Shown here one piece after another: positions 47,762-59,000 of a DNA stretch of 64,000 nt; the first letter of the stretch is position 1; each line of letters opens with the position of its first letter. Source of the stretch: an uncultured Verrucomicrobiales bacterium (lineage in GTDB: Bacteria > Verrucomicrobiota > Verrucomicrobiia > Verrucomicrobiales > DEV007); NCBI GenBank assembly GCA_938091905.1, contig CALKOM010000026.1:7338-71337 (forward strand), in the 5' to 3' direction. The translations under genes were made by a program, and so were the position numbers. A model generated the notes under the pieces. The model saw nothing but the letters and a program-made list of their open reading frames with translations, made no database searches and was not told the DNA's origin.

Positions 47762-49044
47762 GAATCGTGTATCTGAGCGCAGGTGCTGGTGGAATGTATT
47801 GTGGCAGCTGTCTCCGCGACCAGACATTGGTTTCTGGACTGCGCAGGTCGGGCCATGACGTGACTTTGTTGCCGCTTTATACGCCGATACGCACCGACGA
47901 GGCGGACATTTCGGAATCCAGGGTCTTCTACGGTGGTGTAAATGTTTACCTACAGCAGTGTTTCCCTTGGTTGCGCCACATGCCTCGATGCATCGACGGA
48001 TGGCTAAACAGGCCAGGGATTCTCAGAAAGCTTGTGCGGAATCCAACCGGTATGAAGCCCGGAGCAATTGGGGCACTTACACTATCCATGTTGGCTGGCC
48101 ACGATGGTCGGCAGAAGAAGGAGCTTGCGCGGCTCGTTGAATGGCTCGGGGCGAGACCTGCCGGACCACCTGAAATCGTGAACCTCTCGAATCTTCTGAT
48201 CGCCGGCTGCGTTCCCGTGTTGCGGGCAACTCTTCGATCCAAATTCGTCGTGACACTGCAAGGAGATGATTTTTTTCTGGAGGGCCTGCCAAGAGCGGTC
48301 CGAGATGAAGTGCTACTTCGCTTTCGAGCACTGGCACCCTTGATCGACCGTTTTATCGTCTACAGTCAATTCTATGCGGACAAGATGAGTTCGATGTTGG
48401 GCATTGAAAGCGATAGGATTAGTCTGGTTCCTCTGGGAATTGAGTTAACGAATAGCCGAACGACTCGATCCTCTGACCGTCCGCCTACGATTGGTTATTT
48501 CGCGCGTATCTGCCCTCACAAAGGTTTTCACCTGTTAGTGGACGCCTTTCTCGAAGTTCGTAAGGTTCCTGCACTCAAAGATTGCCGATTGCATGTGGCA
48601 GGCTGGATGGGGAAACAAGATCGACCTTACTTCGAAGAACAAGTAGCGAAGATCCGGAGTCATGGTGCGATGGGGGCATTCCATCACGCAGGCTCGCCAG
48701 ATCGAGATGGCAAATACTCCTTTTTCTCCGGGCTCGATGTCTTTTCCGTACCTAGTGTCTACGAGGAACCCAAAGGGCTTTCTTCATTGGAAGCGATGGC
48801 TGTTGGAATTCCGTGTGTGCTACCAGATTCCGGAATCTATCCTGAAGTCATCCAGGAAACTCAGGGAGGTTATCTGCACCGTCCTAACGATGTCATGGAC
48901 CTCGCTCGCAAACTCATCGATCTCCTTCAAGATCCGGAAGGGCGCTATAAGATGGGCGTGGACGCTCAGCTGAACATTGAGAAGCATCATCAGACCGAGC
49001 ACATGGCTGAGGCAGTGTTTGCGGTGTATCGTAGCTTGTTCTAG
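47758..49044 (+). CDS. Glycosyltransferase family 4 (GT-B, group 1)
   Basis: VRIVYLSAGAGGMYCGSCLRD... N-terminus and C-terminal EPKGLSSLEAMAVGIPCV (E-x7-E). Start taken at GTG 47758, which overlaps the MFS stop as GTGA. The long upstream extension in the ORF track overlaps the MFS gene and is rejected. Confidence 0.8.
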   Translation: MRIVYLSAGAGGMYCGSCLRDQTLVSGLRRSGHDVTLLPLYTPIRTDEADISESRVFYGGVNVYLQQCFPWLRHMPRCIDGWLNRPGILRKLVRNPTGMKPGAIGALTLSMLAGHDGRQKKELARLVEWLGARPAGPPEIVNLSNLLIAGCVPVLRATLRSKFVVTLQGDDFFLEGLPRAVRDEVLLRFRALAPLIDRFIVYSQFYADKMSSMLGIESDRISLVPLGIELTNSRTTRSSDRPPTIGYFARICPHKGFHLLVDAFLEVRKVPALKDCRLHVAGWMGKQDRPYFEEQVAKIRSHGAMGAFHHAGSPDRDGKYSFFSGLDVFSVPSVYEEPKGLSSLEAMAVGIPCVLPDSGIYPEVIQETQGGYLHRPNDVMDLARKLIDLLQDPEGRYKMGVDAQLNIEKHHQTEHMAEAVFAVYRSLF

Positions 49045-49167
49045 CCAGGACCTTGCTAATTCGAGATGATCAGAATACTGGAGAGCGAGACAATTCTCTC
49101 TGAACTTCCAAATTTAAGGTGTTGATAGAAGAATGCGCTGGTTTAGTAGATTCAACATGCACAATTG

Positions 49168-50151
49168 ATGAAAAGTATAATCATTTGCCTCCTGGGCTCA
49201 GCTCTGTTTCTGCTGGCTCAAATGCCTAACACATCCAGCGAATCTTTACCGCGGGATTTGGCAGAGGATGTGGTCAAGGAAGTGAACCGTGATCAGGTCA
49301 AGATTGCGGCAGTACAAATCAGTGGTTACGACAAGGGCGACGAGCGGCGCGAAGGCTATGATGCTGCCGATGAGCTTATCCCCTATATTGGGAGAGCGGG
49401 GGAAGATGAAGCTCAGTTGGTGGTCTTCCCAGAATACATCCTTGGTCATATTAAGGTTCCGAGTTCATCGACTGAGAAGATTGCCACGGCTGCGGCTAAG
49501 CATAGCATTTATGTCATTGTGGGCTGTTGGGAAGTCTATAACGATGATACTTTTGCTAACACAGCGCTGTTTTTTGACAGAGACGGAAAGATCATGGGGA
49601 AATACTACAAGACCCATGCTGCGGTGGATCACTACGAAGGGACACCAGCGTGGTCACGGCCTCCCTCTGACAAGAGCCGCGAATGGTTTCTCAAGAACGA
49701 TCCGGAGTGGATCATGAACCGTGGCAATGACCTCCCCGTCTTCGAGTTTGATTTTGGCAGGGTGGGCATCCTCACATGCTATGATGGTTGGTTCCCTGAA
49801 CCCTTCCAGGTTCTCTCGCTCAAGGGCGCAGAGCTCATTGTCTGGATCAATGGGCGTGGCGGTTCCGTCGAAGACTTTATCATGAAGACGGCTATGTTTC
49901 AGAGTCACGTTGCCATGGTGACTGCGAATCAGGCATACGGAAGTGGCACTATGATCGGTGATCCGTCGAAATGGCCAACCCGTATCCTTGCTCGTTGCCC
50001 TGACAAAAGTGAGGCTTACATCTCAGCAACGATTGATCTCAGGAGAATCCGCAAGATCCGGTCCACGAGTCGCAATTTCCAGGAACGACGACCGGAGTTG
50101 TACGGAAAAGCCGTCGAGCCGATGAGTAACAATGGGCCCTGTAATAGTTGA
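49168..50151 (+). CDS. Carbon-nitrogen hydrolase (nitrilase superfamily) with N-terminal signal-like sequence
   Basis: KIAAVQI, LVVFPEY (catalytic Glu) and LTCYDGWFPE (catalytic Cys) blocks. Confidence 0.8.
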   Translation: MKSIIICLLGSALFLLAQMPNTSSESLPRDLAEDVVKEVNRDQVKIAAVQISGYDKGDERREGYDAADELIPYIGRAGEDEAQLVVFPEYILGHIKVPSSSTEKIATAAAKHSIYVIVGCWEVYNDDTFANTALFFDRDGKIMGKYYKTHAAVDHYEGTPAWSRPPSDKSREWFLKNDPEWIMNRGNDLPVFEFDFGRVGILTCYDGWFPEPFQVLSLKGAELIVWINGRGGSVEDFIMKTAMFQSHVAMVTANQAYGSGTMIGDPSKWPTRILARCPDKSEAYISATIDLRRIRKIRSTSRNFQERRPELYGKAVEPMSNNGPCNS

Positions 50152-50289
50152 AATCGGTTAGGTGAGGCTTCAATTTCGGATGGCGTGGTTTTGTCCGCAC
50201 TGTTATTAATTAAGAAGGCTGTTTTTGCAGAGAAATCCTCACCATAACAATTCGGATTCTACGGAGGATCGGCCTCCAGAATAGGATAG

Positions 50290-50308
50290 AAACCGGCTTC
50301 GCCGGTTT
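50290..50308. terminator. Candidate bidirectional intrinsic terminator between convergent genes
   Basis: AAACCGGC-TTC-GCCGGTTT is an 8-bp stem with a 3-nt loop, followed by TTTGTT on the plus strand. It lies between the stops at 50151 (+) and 50331 (-). Confidence 0.45.
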
Positions 50309-50330
50309 GTTGACAGAACCTATTTGGTTT

Positions 50331-53300
50331 CTAAGGCGTTACTTTTGGGTGGCGCACGAGGAGGCGGTTTCCTTTGATGGCACTTAGTTGCACACTGGAA
50401 TGCTGGCCGTCGGGCCAACGTATGTCGACTCGGTCTGGAGTCGAGCCTTGCGGAACACCAAAGAACGCCATAGCGGGATTCTGAGATAGGTAACTCCCAC
50501 CAGCCTGGATTTCAGTGGTTTGTGTGGGGCCGTTCTTGCTAAAGAGCTTTAAACGAGCTCCAATGCCTGTGGGATTCCCCGGAAGACCTTGGAGGCGGAG
50601 ACTGATGGTGTGGTTCGGCGCGTTGCCTCGATTGATGAACGTGATTATGGGCCCGCTATTGCAAGCGGCGATCAGGTCCACCCAGCCATCACGGTTGAGA
50701 TCGACGACACCCAAGCTCTTGCCATCTCCACTGACGGTGAGGCCGCTTTCGTGTGTAGGCACGGGGCCGAATGTGCCATCACCTCGACCTCGCAGGAGCT
50801 GGCTGAGGCCGCCATCGGTGCGACCGGTCTCGGGCTGAGGGCTGTAGGTGTTGTGAAGTAGGTAGATGTCAGGGTGGCCGTCACCGTCAATTTCGGTGAT
50901 GGTGACACCAAAGGCGGATGAAATCTGCGCAATGCGGGGAAGAGGCGAGAAGGTGAATTTGCCTTGGCCGTCATTGAGGAGCGCACCAGATCGGAGTTCG
51001 ACGGCATTGAAGGTTTTCGCCTTCTTTAAGCGGGCTGGTGTGTATATTTCTGTCAGGGTGGCGGAGGCGAAACTTTTGAAGGAAGGGAAGCGTGACCGGA
51101 TCTCGGGCATGGCATTCTGGGAACAACTCTTGCCTCTAATGGGCAGCCATGTGTTCCCGTAGACTTTGGCTTCGATGATCTGGGAAGAGCCGCTACCGTC
51201 CATGTCACCGTAGTAGAGACGCGCCGGATGGCTGGGATCGGCGTGGTACTTGGTGTTGAGCCCAGCGTTTGTAATCACGTAATCCATGGCACCATCATGA
51301 TTGAGGTCGCCAGTGGCGATGCCGTTCCACCAACCAGTCAGTTTTTTTAAGCCTGCCGCATCGCTGGTGTCTGTCAGTGTTCCTTTATTATTCTGTAGGA
51401 GTAAAGGCGCGCCCCATTCACGGAGAACGAAGAGATCGAGCCAGCCGTCATTGTTTGCATCGCTCCAGACAGCGCTAGTGACCATGCCGGCGCTCAGCAA
51501 AGACTTGGCGACTTTGCTTGTGACGTCAGTGAAGCTTCCTTTGTCGTTGCGTAGCAATTGACTGGACTCGGAGAGCGGGTAAGCGCCTGGGCGAACGCGG
51601 GTACCTACGAAGACGTCGAGATCGCCGTCGCGATCGAAGTCCGCTGAGACTGCCACGCTACTGCTAGTGCGAGTGTCAGGCCATTGACCCTTCGGTGCGG
51701 GCTTGAAGTTGCCTGAACCGTTGTTCAAGTAGAGGCGATCTTGGTAGGCTTGGCTCTTGATGTCGGCTTCGATACCACCGCTGGTCACAAGCAAGTCCAG
51801 GTCGCCATCGCCATCAGCGTCGAAGAGCAGTGGGGACATGTCTTCACTGGCGGCATGCGCATCGAAAGAAGGGTTTGCCATTACTTTGAAGCCAACGGGC
51901 AGCGTTTGAACGACGGTCGTGGCGTGCCTGGTTGGGCGTCCGAGAACGAGGTCGTCATCTCCGTCGTTGTCGAGATCTCCCCAGGCCTGCCCGGGGCCGA
52001 GTTGTGAGAGTTTGTTGGGTAGAAGTGGCTCGCGGGCGAAGTCGTCGAAGGGTTTCTCTGCAATCGCCGCTCCCCGAAGCGCGTCGGAAACGACGAATAG
52101 GGTTTCAGTCGAGTTGTTGGGTTCCTTTGTGCCCTTGGTTTCCCTAATGGTGTGATGGTGACCGGCTTTGAGATTGGTTAGGGTTTGATGCGTGCCGCTG
52201 GGCCACTCGATGGTAAGGTCAAATTGGGTGCTTTTGCCAAGGCCGATAGCGATCATGTGGGCATTTGCTGACATGAAGCCTCGTGTGATGGTATGGTATT
52301 TGGTTTGTTTGCCAGAGGTGGCATTGATCTTGAAGAGAGCTCCGAGGCCATCGCGATTACTTTCTCTACCTTGCAATGAGATCAGCGCTAACTGATTCTC
52401 ATGACTGTTGTTGTGATAGAGACTGGCGGCTTCATCGAAATTATTCACGACGAGGTCGAGATCACCGTCTAGATCGAGGTCGCCAAGAGCAGCGCCATAG
52501 CTGACTTTGGCAGCGCTCAACCCCCAAGCCTTGCTGACGTTTTCAAAATTGAGGTCACCAAGATTGCGATAGGCAAGGTTGGGATCGTTGCGGACGGGAG
52601 AGGGAAGCCAGACCTTCTTTAACTCTGGTGTGTTGATGCGTTGCGCGCCACGGGCGGCATACATGATGTCGCTGTTGTCCCAATAGCGCTCCGCGCCATT
52701 GGTGACGTAGAGATCTTCTTTGCCATCACTGTCAAGATCTCCAAATTTGAGCGACCATGTCCAATCGGTGGATGCCACGCCCGCGAGGAACGCACCTTCT
52801 TGAAAGCGGGAGGTGCCGGAATTGATATAAAGGGCATTGCGCATGTACTGCCGAGGAACCGCCGTCTCAAGAAACCAGCCCTGCATGTCGCCCATAGAAA
52901 TCTTCTGCTTGTAATGCGTCGTGCCTTGCATGTCGGAAGCCATGAAATCTAGCCAGCCGTCATTGTTCACATCGGCGACGTCACTGCCCATGGAGAACCA
53001 GGGGGTGTGGGGGAGGGCGAGCTTGTTCACATTGGTGAAGGTGCCGTCACCATTGTTGCGATAGAGGTGATCCGAGCCGTAGAAGTCGTTCGAATTGTAT
53101 AGATCGGGATCGCCGTCGTGATCGAAGTCCCACCAGGTGCAAGAGAGGCCGAAGTCTTCGTCGTGAATGCCCGCTTTGGCGGAAACGTCTGAGAAGGTGC
53201 CGTCCCCGTTGTTCTGATAAAGAATGTCGCTTTCGCCTGCGGGAATCAGCATCCCATCTTTGAGATCAGAACGATAGAGTGGCTTCGCGATCCCTTTCAA

Positions 53301-54002
53301 ATCTGCTGTGACGATGGGCATGCCGCGTGCGTCTTTCTCGTATTTCCAAAGTGGCGCTTCCTGAGGATCAACGTGATTGTTACACAGGTAAGCGTCAAGA
53401 TTGCCATCCAGGTCATAATCGGCAAAGGCGATCATGATACTGGCACCACGATAGTTGAGGCCAGCTTTCTCGGCGCTTTCGATGAAGGTGCCGTTGCCTT
53501 GATTGAGGTAGAGGCGATTCTCACAATCGTACCCGCACACAAAGAGATCGAGATCGTTGTCGTTGTCGATGTCAGCAAAGGAGGCACCGGTGCCCCAGAG
53601 ATGTTCTTTGGTGAGGCCAGCGCTGGCGGTGACGTCTTGGAACTTCCAGTTGCCGAGGTTCTTGTAGAGCTGGTTGCCCTTGAATGGCTGAGTGAGGAAG
53701 ACGTCTGTTAGGCCATCATTGTCATAGTCGCCGAGGCAGACGCCGCCACCGGTGACGGCGTTGACCATTTCGTGTTCGTACTTGGCTGGTGGTTGCCAAT
53801 TGTAGCGGAAGTCGAGTCCGGTTTGCGAGGCAGGGAGGTCTTGGAAGAGCGTTGGGGAATTGCTAGGGACGCGGGGCGCTAGGGGCTTTCGGGTGGTGAT
53901 ATCGGCGTGAGCGTGGCTGATCGCTGCGAGGATGAGGAGAACTCGCACGGAGGCATGGAGGCACAGAGGGGTGTTGGGCTCGGAGGTTCGCACGGTGAGC
54001 AT
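50331..54002 (-). CDS. FG-GAP/VCBS-repeat protein with two ASPIC/UnbV domains (tandem CRTAC1-like modules)
   Basis: Many D.D.DG.D FG-GAP calcium motifs. There are two UnbV_ASPIC-like segments: ISLQGRESNRDGLGALFKI...TIEWPSG mid-protein, and LRLQGLPGNPTGIGARLKL...VDIRWPDG at the C-terminus. Start taken at ATG 54002 (Met28). Confidence 0.85.
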   Translation of the reverse strand: MLTVRTSEPNTPLCLHASVRVLLILAAISHAHADITTRKPLAPRVPSNSPTLFQDLPASQTGLDFRYNWQPPAKYEHEMVNAVTGGGVCLGDYDNDGLTDVFLTQPFKGNQLYKNLGNWKFQDVTASAGLTKEHLWGTGASFADIDNDNDLDLFVCGYDCENRLYLNQGNGTFIESAEKAGLNYRGASIMIAFADYDLDGNLDAYLCNNHVDPQEAPLWKYEKDARGMPIVTADLKGIAKPLYRSDLKDGMLIPAGESDILYQNNGDGTFSDVSAKAGIHDEDFGLSCTWWDFDHDGDPDLYNSNDFYGSDHLYRNNGDGTFTNVNKLALPHTPWFSMGSDVADVNNDGWLDFMASDMQGTTHYKQKISMGDMQGWFLETAVPRQYMRNALYINSGTSRFQEGAFLAGVASTDWTWSLKFGDLDSDGKEDLYVTNGAERYWDNSDIMYAARGAQRINTPELKKVWLPSPVRNDPNLAYRNLGDLNFENVSKAWGLSAAKVSYGAALGDLDLDGDLDLVVNNFDEAASLYHNNSHENQLALISLQGRESNRDGLGALFKINATSGKQTKYHTITRGFMSANAHMIAIGLGKSTQFDLTIEWPSGTHQTLTNLKAGHHHTIRETKGTKEPNNSTETLFVVSDALRGAAIAEKPFDDFAREPLLPNKLSQLGPGQAWGDLDNDGDDDLVLGRPTRHATTVVQTLPVGFKVMANPSFDAHAASEDMSPLLFDADGDGDLDLLVTSGGIEADIKSQAYQDRLYLNNGSGNFKPAPKGQWPDTRTSSSVAVSADFDRDGDLDVFVGTRVRPGAYPLSESSQLLRNDKGSFTDVTSKVAKSLLSAGMVTSAVWSDANNDGWLDLFVLREWGAPLLLQNNKGTLTDTSDAAGLKKLTGWWNGIATGDLNHDGAMDYVITNAGLNTKYHADPSHPARLYYGDMDGSGSSQIIEAKVYGNTWLPIRGKSCSQNAMPEIRSRFPSFKSFASATLTEIYTPARLKKAKTFNAVELRSGALLNDGQGKFTFSPLPRIAQISSAFGVTITEIDGDGHPDIYLLHNTYSPQPETGRTDGGLSQLLRGRGDGTFGPVPTHESGLTVSGDGKSLGVVDLNRDGWVDLIAACNSGPIITFINRGNAPNHTISLRLQGLPGNPTGIGARLKLFSKNGPTQTTEIQAGGSYLSQNPAMAFFGVPQGSTPDRVDIRWPDGQHSSVQLSAIKGNRLLVRHPKVTP

Positions 54003-54116
54003 GTCGGTAATTCTCTGTGCCTCTGTAGCTCTGTGCGAGCATAAAGATGGGCCGCTCCTTTCAGCTGAACGACCCGCTGGCAAGGATATTCTTACGTATT
54101 CTTACACCATCCGGCG

Positions 54117-54860
54117 TCATCCCGTTTTGGAGCGGCGTCGATAGGCCGAGGGCGAGATGCCCATCAGGCGAGAGAATTGCCGAGAGAAGACGCTGTGATC
54201 GTAGAATCCTACCTGCATAGCGACATCGGTCATGTTGGCCTGACTCTTATTCAGGAGTTCGCAGGCTGCATGAATCCGCAGTTTCATGATGAACTCGCGC
54301 GGCGTTGTCTTGAGCGTTTCCTGAAATCGGCGCTGCAAGACGCGCACGGAAACACCTGCCAGCTGAGCCATGGCAGGGATGGAGACGTTCCCGCGAAAGT
54401 GTTCTTTTAGGTGGTCGATCACCGGCACGAGATCGAGATACGGCTGCAGTGCTGCCCGCGCCCCTTCATAGCTTCGCACCGTGCCACAAAGCCCCGCCAG
54501 CTCACCATTGGCGGTGTAAACCGGCACCTTGTCCGTGATATACCACTCAGGATCGCCTAACTGATTTGGAAAGAGCTCCACCATGCCGATGAGTGATTTC
54601 CCAGTCTGGATGACCTCGCGATCGTCTGCAGCGTACTTGGTCGCCAGCTCTTCAGGAAAGATATCCTTGTCCACATGACCGATCATTTTCGTTTCGCTTA
54701 CGTAGCCACAGCGCTCGACGAAAGCCTGGTTTCCTGCCATCAAGCGCGTCTGCGAGTCTTTTACGAAGAAGAGCGTGTTTGGCAGGTGCTCGAACAGCTC
54801 CCGCATGCCGCCTGGGCGTAGGTCCGCCAGCCATTGATCGCGTTCAGTAGCGGAAAGCAT
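54117..54860 (-). CDS. PAS-domain AraC-family transcriptional regulator
   Basis: C-terminal AraC HTH (IPAMAQLAGVSVRVLQRRFQETLKTTPREFIMKLRIHAACELL...VGFYDHSVFSRQFSRLMGISPSAYRR). The N-terminal PAS-like region is collinear with the paralogue at 60526. Start taken at ATG 54860; the tracked 417-aa ORF runs antisense into the neighbouring gene. Confidence 0.8.
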   Translation of the reverse strand: MLSATERDQWLADLRPGGMRELFEHLPNTLFFVKDSQTRLMAGNQAFVERCGYVSETKMIGHVDKDIFPEELATKYAADDREVIQTGKSLIGMVELFPNQLGDPEWYITDKVPVYTANGELAGLCGTVRSYEGARAALQPYLDLVPVIDHLKEHFRGNVSIPAMAQLAGVSVRVLQRRFQETLKTTPREFIMKLRIHAACELLNKSQANMTDVAMQVGFYDHSVFSRQFSRLMGISPSAYRRRSKTG

Positions 54861-54932
54861 GACGCAATCATACACAAACTTTACCGTATTCATACATGCA
54901 AACGGAGGCCAAGTCTGGTTTAGTGGAGGATT

Positions 54933-56057
54933 ATGGAGAAAGTTAACATTGCTATCGTCGGTCTCGGATTCGGGGCGGAATTCATCCCAATCTATCAGCG
55001 CCACCCAAACGCCAATATGGCGGCCATCTGTCAGCGGACCGAAGCCACGCTCAATGAGATCGGTGACAAGTACGGCATCGAGAAGCGTTACCAAAGCTAC
55101 GACGAGCTCCTCAAGGATCCTGACATTGACGCTGTTCACATCAATACACCGATCCCCAATCACGCCGAACAATCCATCGCGGCACTGAAGGCTGGCAAAC
55201 ACGTCGCCTGCACCGTGCCCATGGCGACGTCTGTCGAGGACTGCAAACAGATCGTCGAACTCACGAAGTCGACCGGCCTGAAATACATGATGATGGAAAC
55301 GGTCGTCTACGCGCGCGAATTCCTCTACATGAAGGAGCTCTACGACAAAGGCGAGCTGGGCAAACTCCAATTTCTTAAAGCCTCACACCAGCAAGACATG
55401 GACGGTTGGCCGGGGTATTGGCCAGGCCTGCCGCCGATGCACTACGCCACGCACTGTGTTGGGCCAGTCTTAGGATTGGGTCAGGATCAGGCGGAGTATG
55501 TCAGCTGTTTCCCCTCCGGCACCATTCGCGAAGAAATGCATGAATGTTATGGATCGCCCTGCGCCGTGGAGACGTGTCATATCAAGTTCGCTAACAGTGA
55601 TCTCTCTGCGCTCGTCTATCGCTCCCTCTTTGATGTCGCGCGTCAGTACCGCGAGTCCTTCGAAGTCTACGGTGACAAGAAGGCGGTAGAATGGCCGCTG
55701 ATCGAAGGCGAACCGCTCATCGTCCACACCGCGAAGAAACCCGAGCCAGAGATTCCTGAGAAAGTAGAGTGTCCTGACTACGGTCATCTGCTTCCAGATG
55801 AAATCGCGCCGTTCACCACAGGCGGCGTCTATGGTGGTGACGAAGGCGAAGACCACCTCTCGTTTACGCAAGGTGCTGGTCACGGAGGTTCACACCCACA
55901 TTTGGCCCATCAGTTTGTCCAAATGTTATTAAGTGGAGAAGATGCCTATCCCAATGCTGTGCATTCGGCCAACATCACCTGCACCGGTATCCTTGCCCAC
56001 GAATCCGCGCAGAAAGGTGGCGATATCGTGCGCCTGCCTGAATTCACTTTAGCCTAA
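54933..56057 (+). CDS. Gfo/Idh/MocA-family oxidoreductase (ThuB-like)
   Basis: VNIAIVGLGFGAEFIPIYQRHP Rossmann start, with KAGKHVACTVPMA in place of EKP. Confidence 0.9.
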   Translation: MEKVNIAIVGLGFGAEFIPIYQRHPNANMAAICQRTEATLNEIGDKYGIEKRYQSYDELLKDPDIDAVHINTPIPNHAEQSIAALKAGKHVACTVPMATSVEDCKQIVELTKSTGLKYMMMETVVYAREFLYMKELYDKGELGKLQFLKASHQQDMDGWPGYWPGLPPMHYATHCVGPVLGLGQDQAEYVSCFPSGTIREEMHECYGSPCAVETCHIKFANSDLSALVYRSLFDVARQYRESFEVYGDKKAVEWPLIEGEPLIVHTAKKPEPEIPEKVECPDYGHLLPDEIAPFTTGGVYGGDEGEDHLSFTQGAGHGGSHPHLAHQFVQMLLSGEDAYPNAVHSANITCTGILAHESAQKGGDIVRLPEFTLA

Positions 56058-56064
56058 CCAACTC

Positions 56065-59000
56065 ATGCGCATACTCGTTGCCCTTCTCATCACGCTTTCC
56101 ATCTCCACTTCCCTCATGGGGAGACCGACGGAAGGCCCAGTCCGTATTCTCTTCTTAGGACACGACGCCAAGCATCATCCGTCAAACGACTACTACCCCA
56201 TGCTGGCAGAAGGCTTGGGGCCCGATGGGATCTACTTTGACTATCACACCGATGTCGAGGAAGCCTTTGGCGACTATGATTACCTATCACAGTTCGATGG
56301 TGTCCTCCTCTATGCAAATCACGACACCATCGAGCGTCGTTTGTATAACAACTTGGTCAAATTCATCGAGGAAGGCGGCGGCTTCATCCCTGTGCACTGC
56401 GCCAGCTTCTGCTTTCGCAATCAGTTAGGCTTCATCAACTTGGTGGGCGGTCAATTCCAACACCACAAGACCGGAACCTTCACGGCCAAGATCGTCGATG
56501 GCAAACACCCCGCCATGAAAGACGTGCAGGAGTTCGAAACCTGGGACGAAACCTATGTGCACACCGGTCATGGAGAAGACCGCACCATCCTCATGGTGCG
56601 CGAACCCGCTGGTGACGAGGACAATATCAAGGAACCCGAACCCTGGACCTGGATCCGCACGCAAGGCAAAGGTCGCGTCTTCTACACCGCTTCAGGGCAC
56701 GATGATCGCGTTTGGAAACAAGACGCCTTTCATCAACTCATCAAGTCCGGCATCCTTTGGGCGATTGGCGATGAGCGCCAAGCCTCCTATCAGAAGTTCG
56801 TCGGCGCACGCAAGCCGATGGCCTATGAGAAGCGGGACAACATTCCCAACTACGAACGACGGGATGAACCGCTTCCCTATCAATTGCCGCTAAAACCCGA
56901 GGATTCCTTGGCCTACACCCAGGTTCCCGTAGGCTGGAACCTCAAACTGTTTGCCTCCGAACCCGACATCGTCAATCCCATGCAACTTTCCTGGGATGAG
57001 CGCGGTCGCTTGTGGGTCATCGAAACGACCGACTATCCGAACGAAGTTCGCGCTGAGCGCAAAGGAGACGATAAGATCAAAATCCTGGAAGACACCGACG
57101 GTGATGGTCGCTGTGACAAGATCACTGTCTTTGCTGACGGGCTCAACATTCCCACCTCACTCACCTTCCACGATGGTGGCGTCATCGTGCATCAAGCGCC
57201 CGTCACCTTGTATCTCAAAGACACGGACGGCGATGACCGTGCCGATGTGAAGGAAACACTCATCGATGGCTGGGGCCCCGGAGACACGCATGCGGGCCCT
57301 TCCAACCTCCGCTACGGAATCGATAATAAGATCTGGGGCACCGTCGGTTACTCTGCCTTCAACGGCCAGATTGGCGGCGAAGAGAAGCGCTTTGGCATGG
57401 GCGTCTATCATTTCACTCAAGATGGCGAATCCATGGATTTCCTGCACCAGTTCAACAACAACACTTGGGGCCTGGGCTTCAATGACACTGGTGATGTCTT
57501 CGGCTCGACCGCGAACAATAACCCCTCTTTCTATGGCGGTATTCCAGCTACGGTCTTGCCTGAGGGCAAAGGATTGTCAGCCAAGATGATCGCCTCCACT
57601 CCGAAGTTTCATCCGATCACTTCGCGTATTCGCCAAGTCGATGCCTTCGGCGCTTACACCGCTGCTGCTGGGCATTCCTTTGCCAACTCCGACGCCTTTC
57701 CAGAATCCTGGCGTGGCAAACGCGCCTTCGTGGCCGGACCAACTGGCAATCTGTTAGGCCAGTATCAGGCAGAGCGCGACGGCGCGGGTTTCACGAGCAA
57801 GAATGCCTTCGCACTCGTGGCTTCGGTCGATGAATGGTTCTCGCCTGTGGCTGCCGAAGTCGGTCCTGACGGCAACCTCTGGATTGCTGATTGGTACAAT
57901 TTTATCATCCAGCACAATCCCACTCCAAGCTCTGGTCGAGGCGGCTACGATGCCAAGAACGGTCCTGGCAATGCTCACGTGAATCCGAACCGGGATCGTG
58001 AGCACGGTAGAATCTATCGTCTCGTTTGGGACAAAGCGCCTGAGAGCAAGATTGTCTCCCTGGCAGGTGCCTCAACGGACCAGCTTGTCAGCGCGCTTCA
58101 CGATTCTAATCAATTCTGGCGACTCACTGCCCAACGCTTGATCGTTGAAGGCAATAGTGAAGATGCTGTCGCAGCGCTCAAGACGGGCACCACCCAAGAG
58201 GGCATCGGCGCTTCGCATGCCCTTTGGGCTCTTCATGGCATGGGCAAGCTCGACGCGGAAACGCATCGTGCCGCCCTCCTCTCTGCAGATCCCGTGCTTC
58301 GTCGCAATGCGGTACGCGCTCTCTCTAAGAGTGAAGCCGGTGTCGCCTTGCTCTTCGAATCAGCAGTGATCAACGATCCTGATCTCACGACAAGACTTGC
58401 CGCTTTCGTGGCTCTTGCTGAGTTCCGAACCTCGGACCCGATCAAGAACGCGGTCAAGAATCTGTTAGGCAATGCTGAAAACTTGAACGACGAATGGCTC
58501 TCTGCGGCTCTCAAGGCCAGCGCCAAACACCACGGTGTGGACGGCTTTGATGCCACCAGTTTCGAGCCGGGTGCCGATCTCTTGACCAAAGCGGAGTGGA
58601 CTCCCCGCACCTACAGCGGGGGCGACAATGGAGGCACTTATACTAAGCCTGACAGTGAAGGTATCGAGGGCTCGGATTGCCTAAAGATTGTCGTGACCAA
58701 GCCAATGGACACCTCCTTTCACACGGTCATCGGCGTGAAAGCCAACACGCGTTACCGTCTTTCCGGCAAGATCAAGACGAAGGATGTGAAGGGAAATGCC
58801 ATGGGCGCCTTGCTCAACGTGCATGAGATTCAAGGAGGCGACAATCGCGCCCTAACGAAAAGCCTCAAAGGAAACCAGGATTGGACCGAAGTTAGTGTGG
58901 ACTTCAACTCGGAAGGACGCCGTGAAATCTCGATCAATGCGCTCTTCGGAGGTTGGGGACAGTCCACAGGCACGGCTTGGTATGATGATATCAAGTTGCA

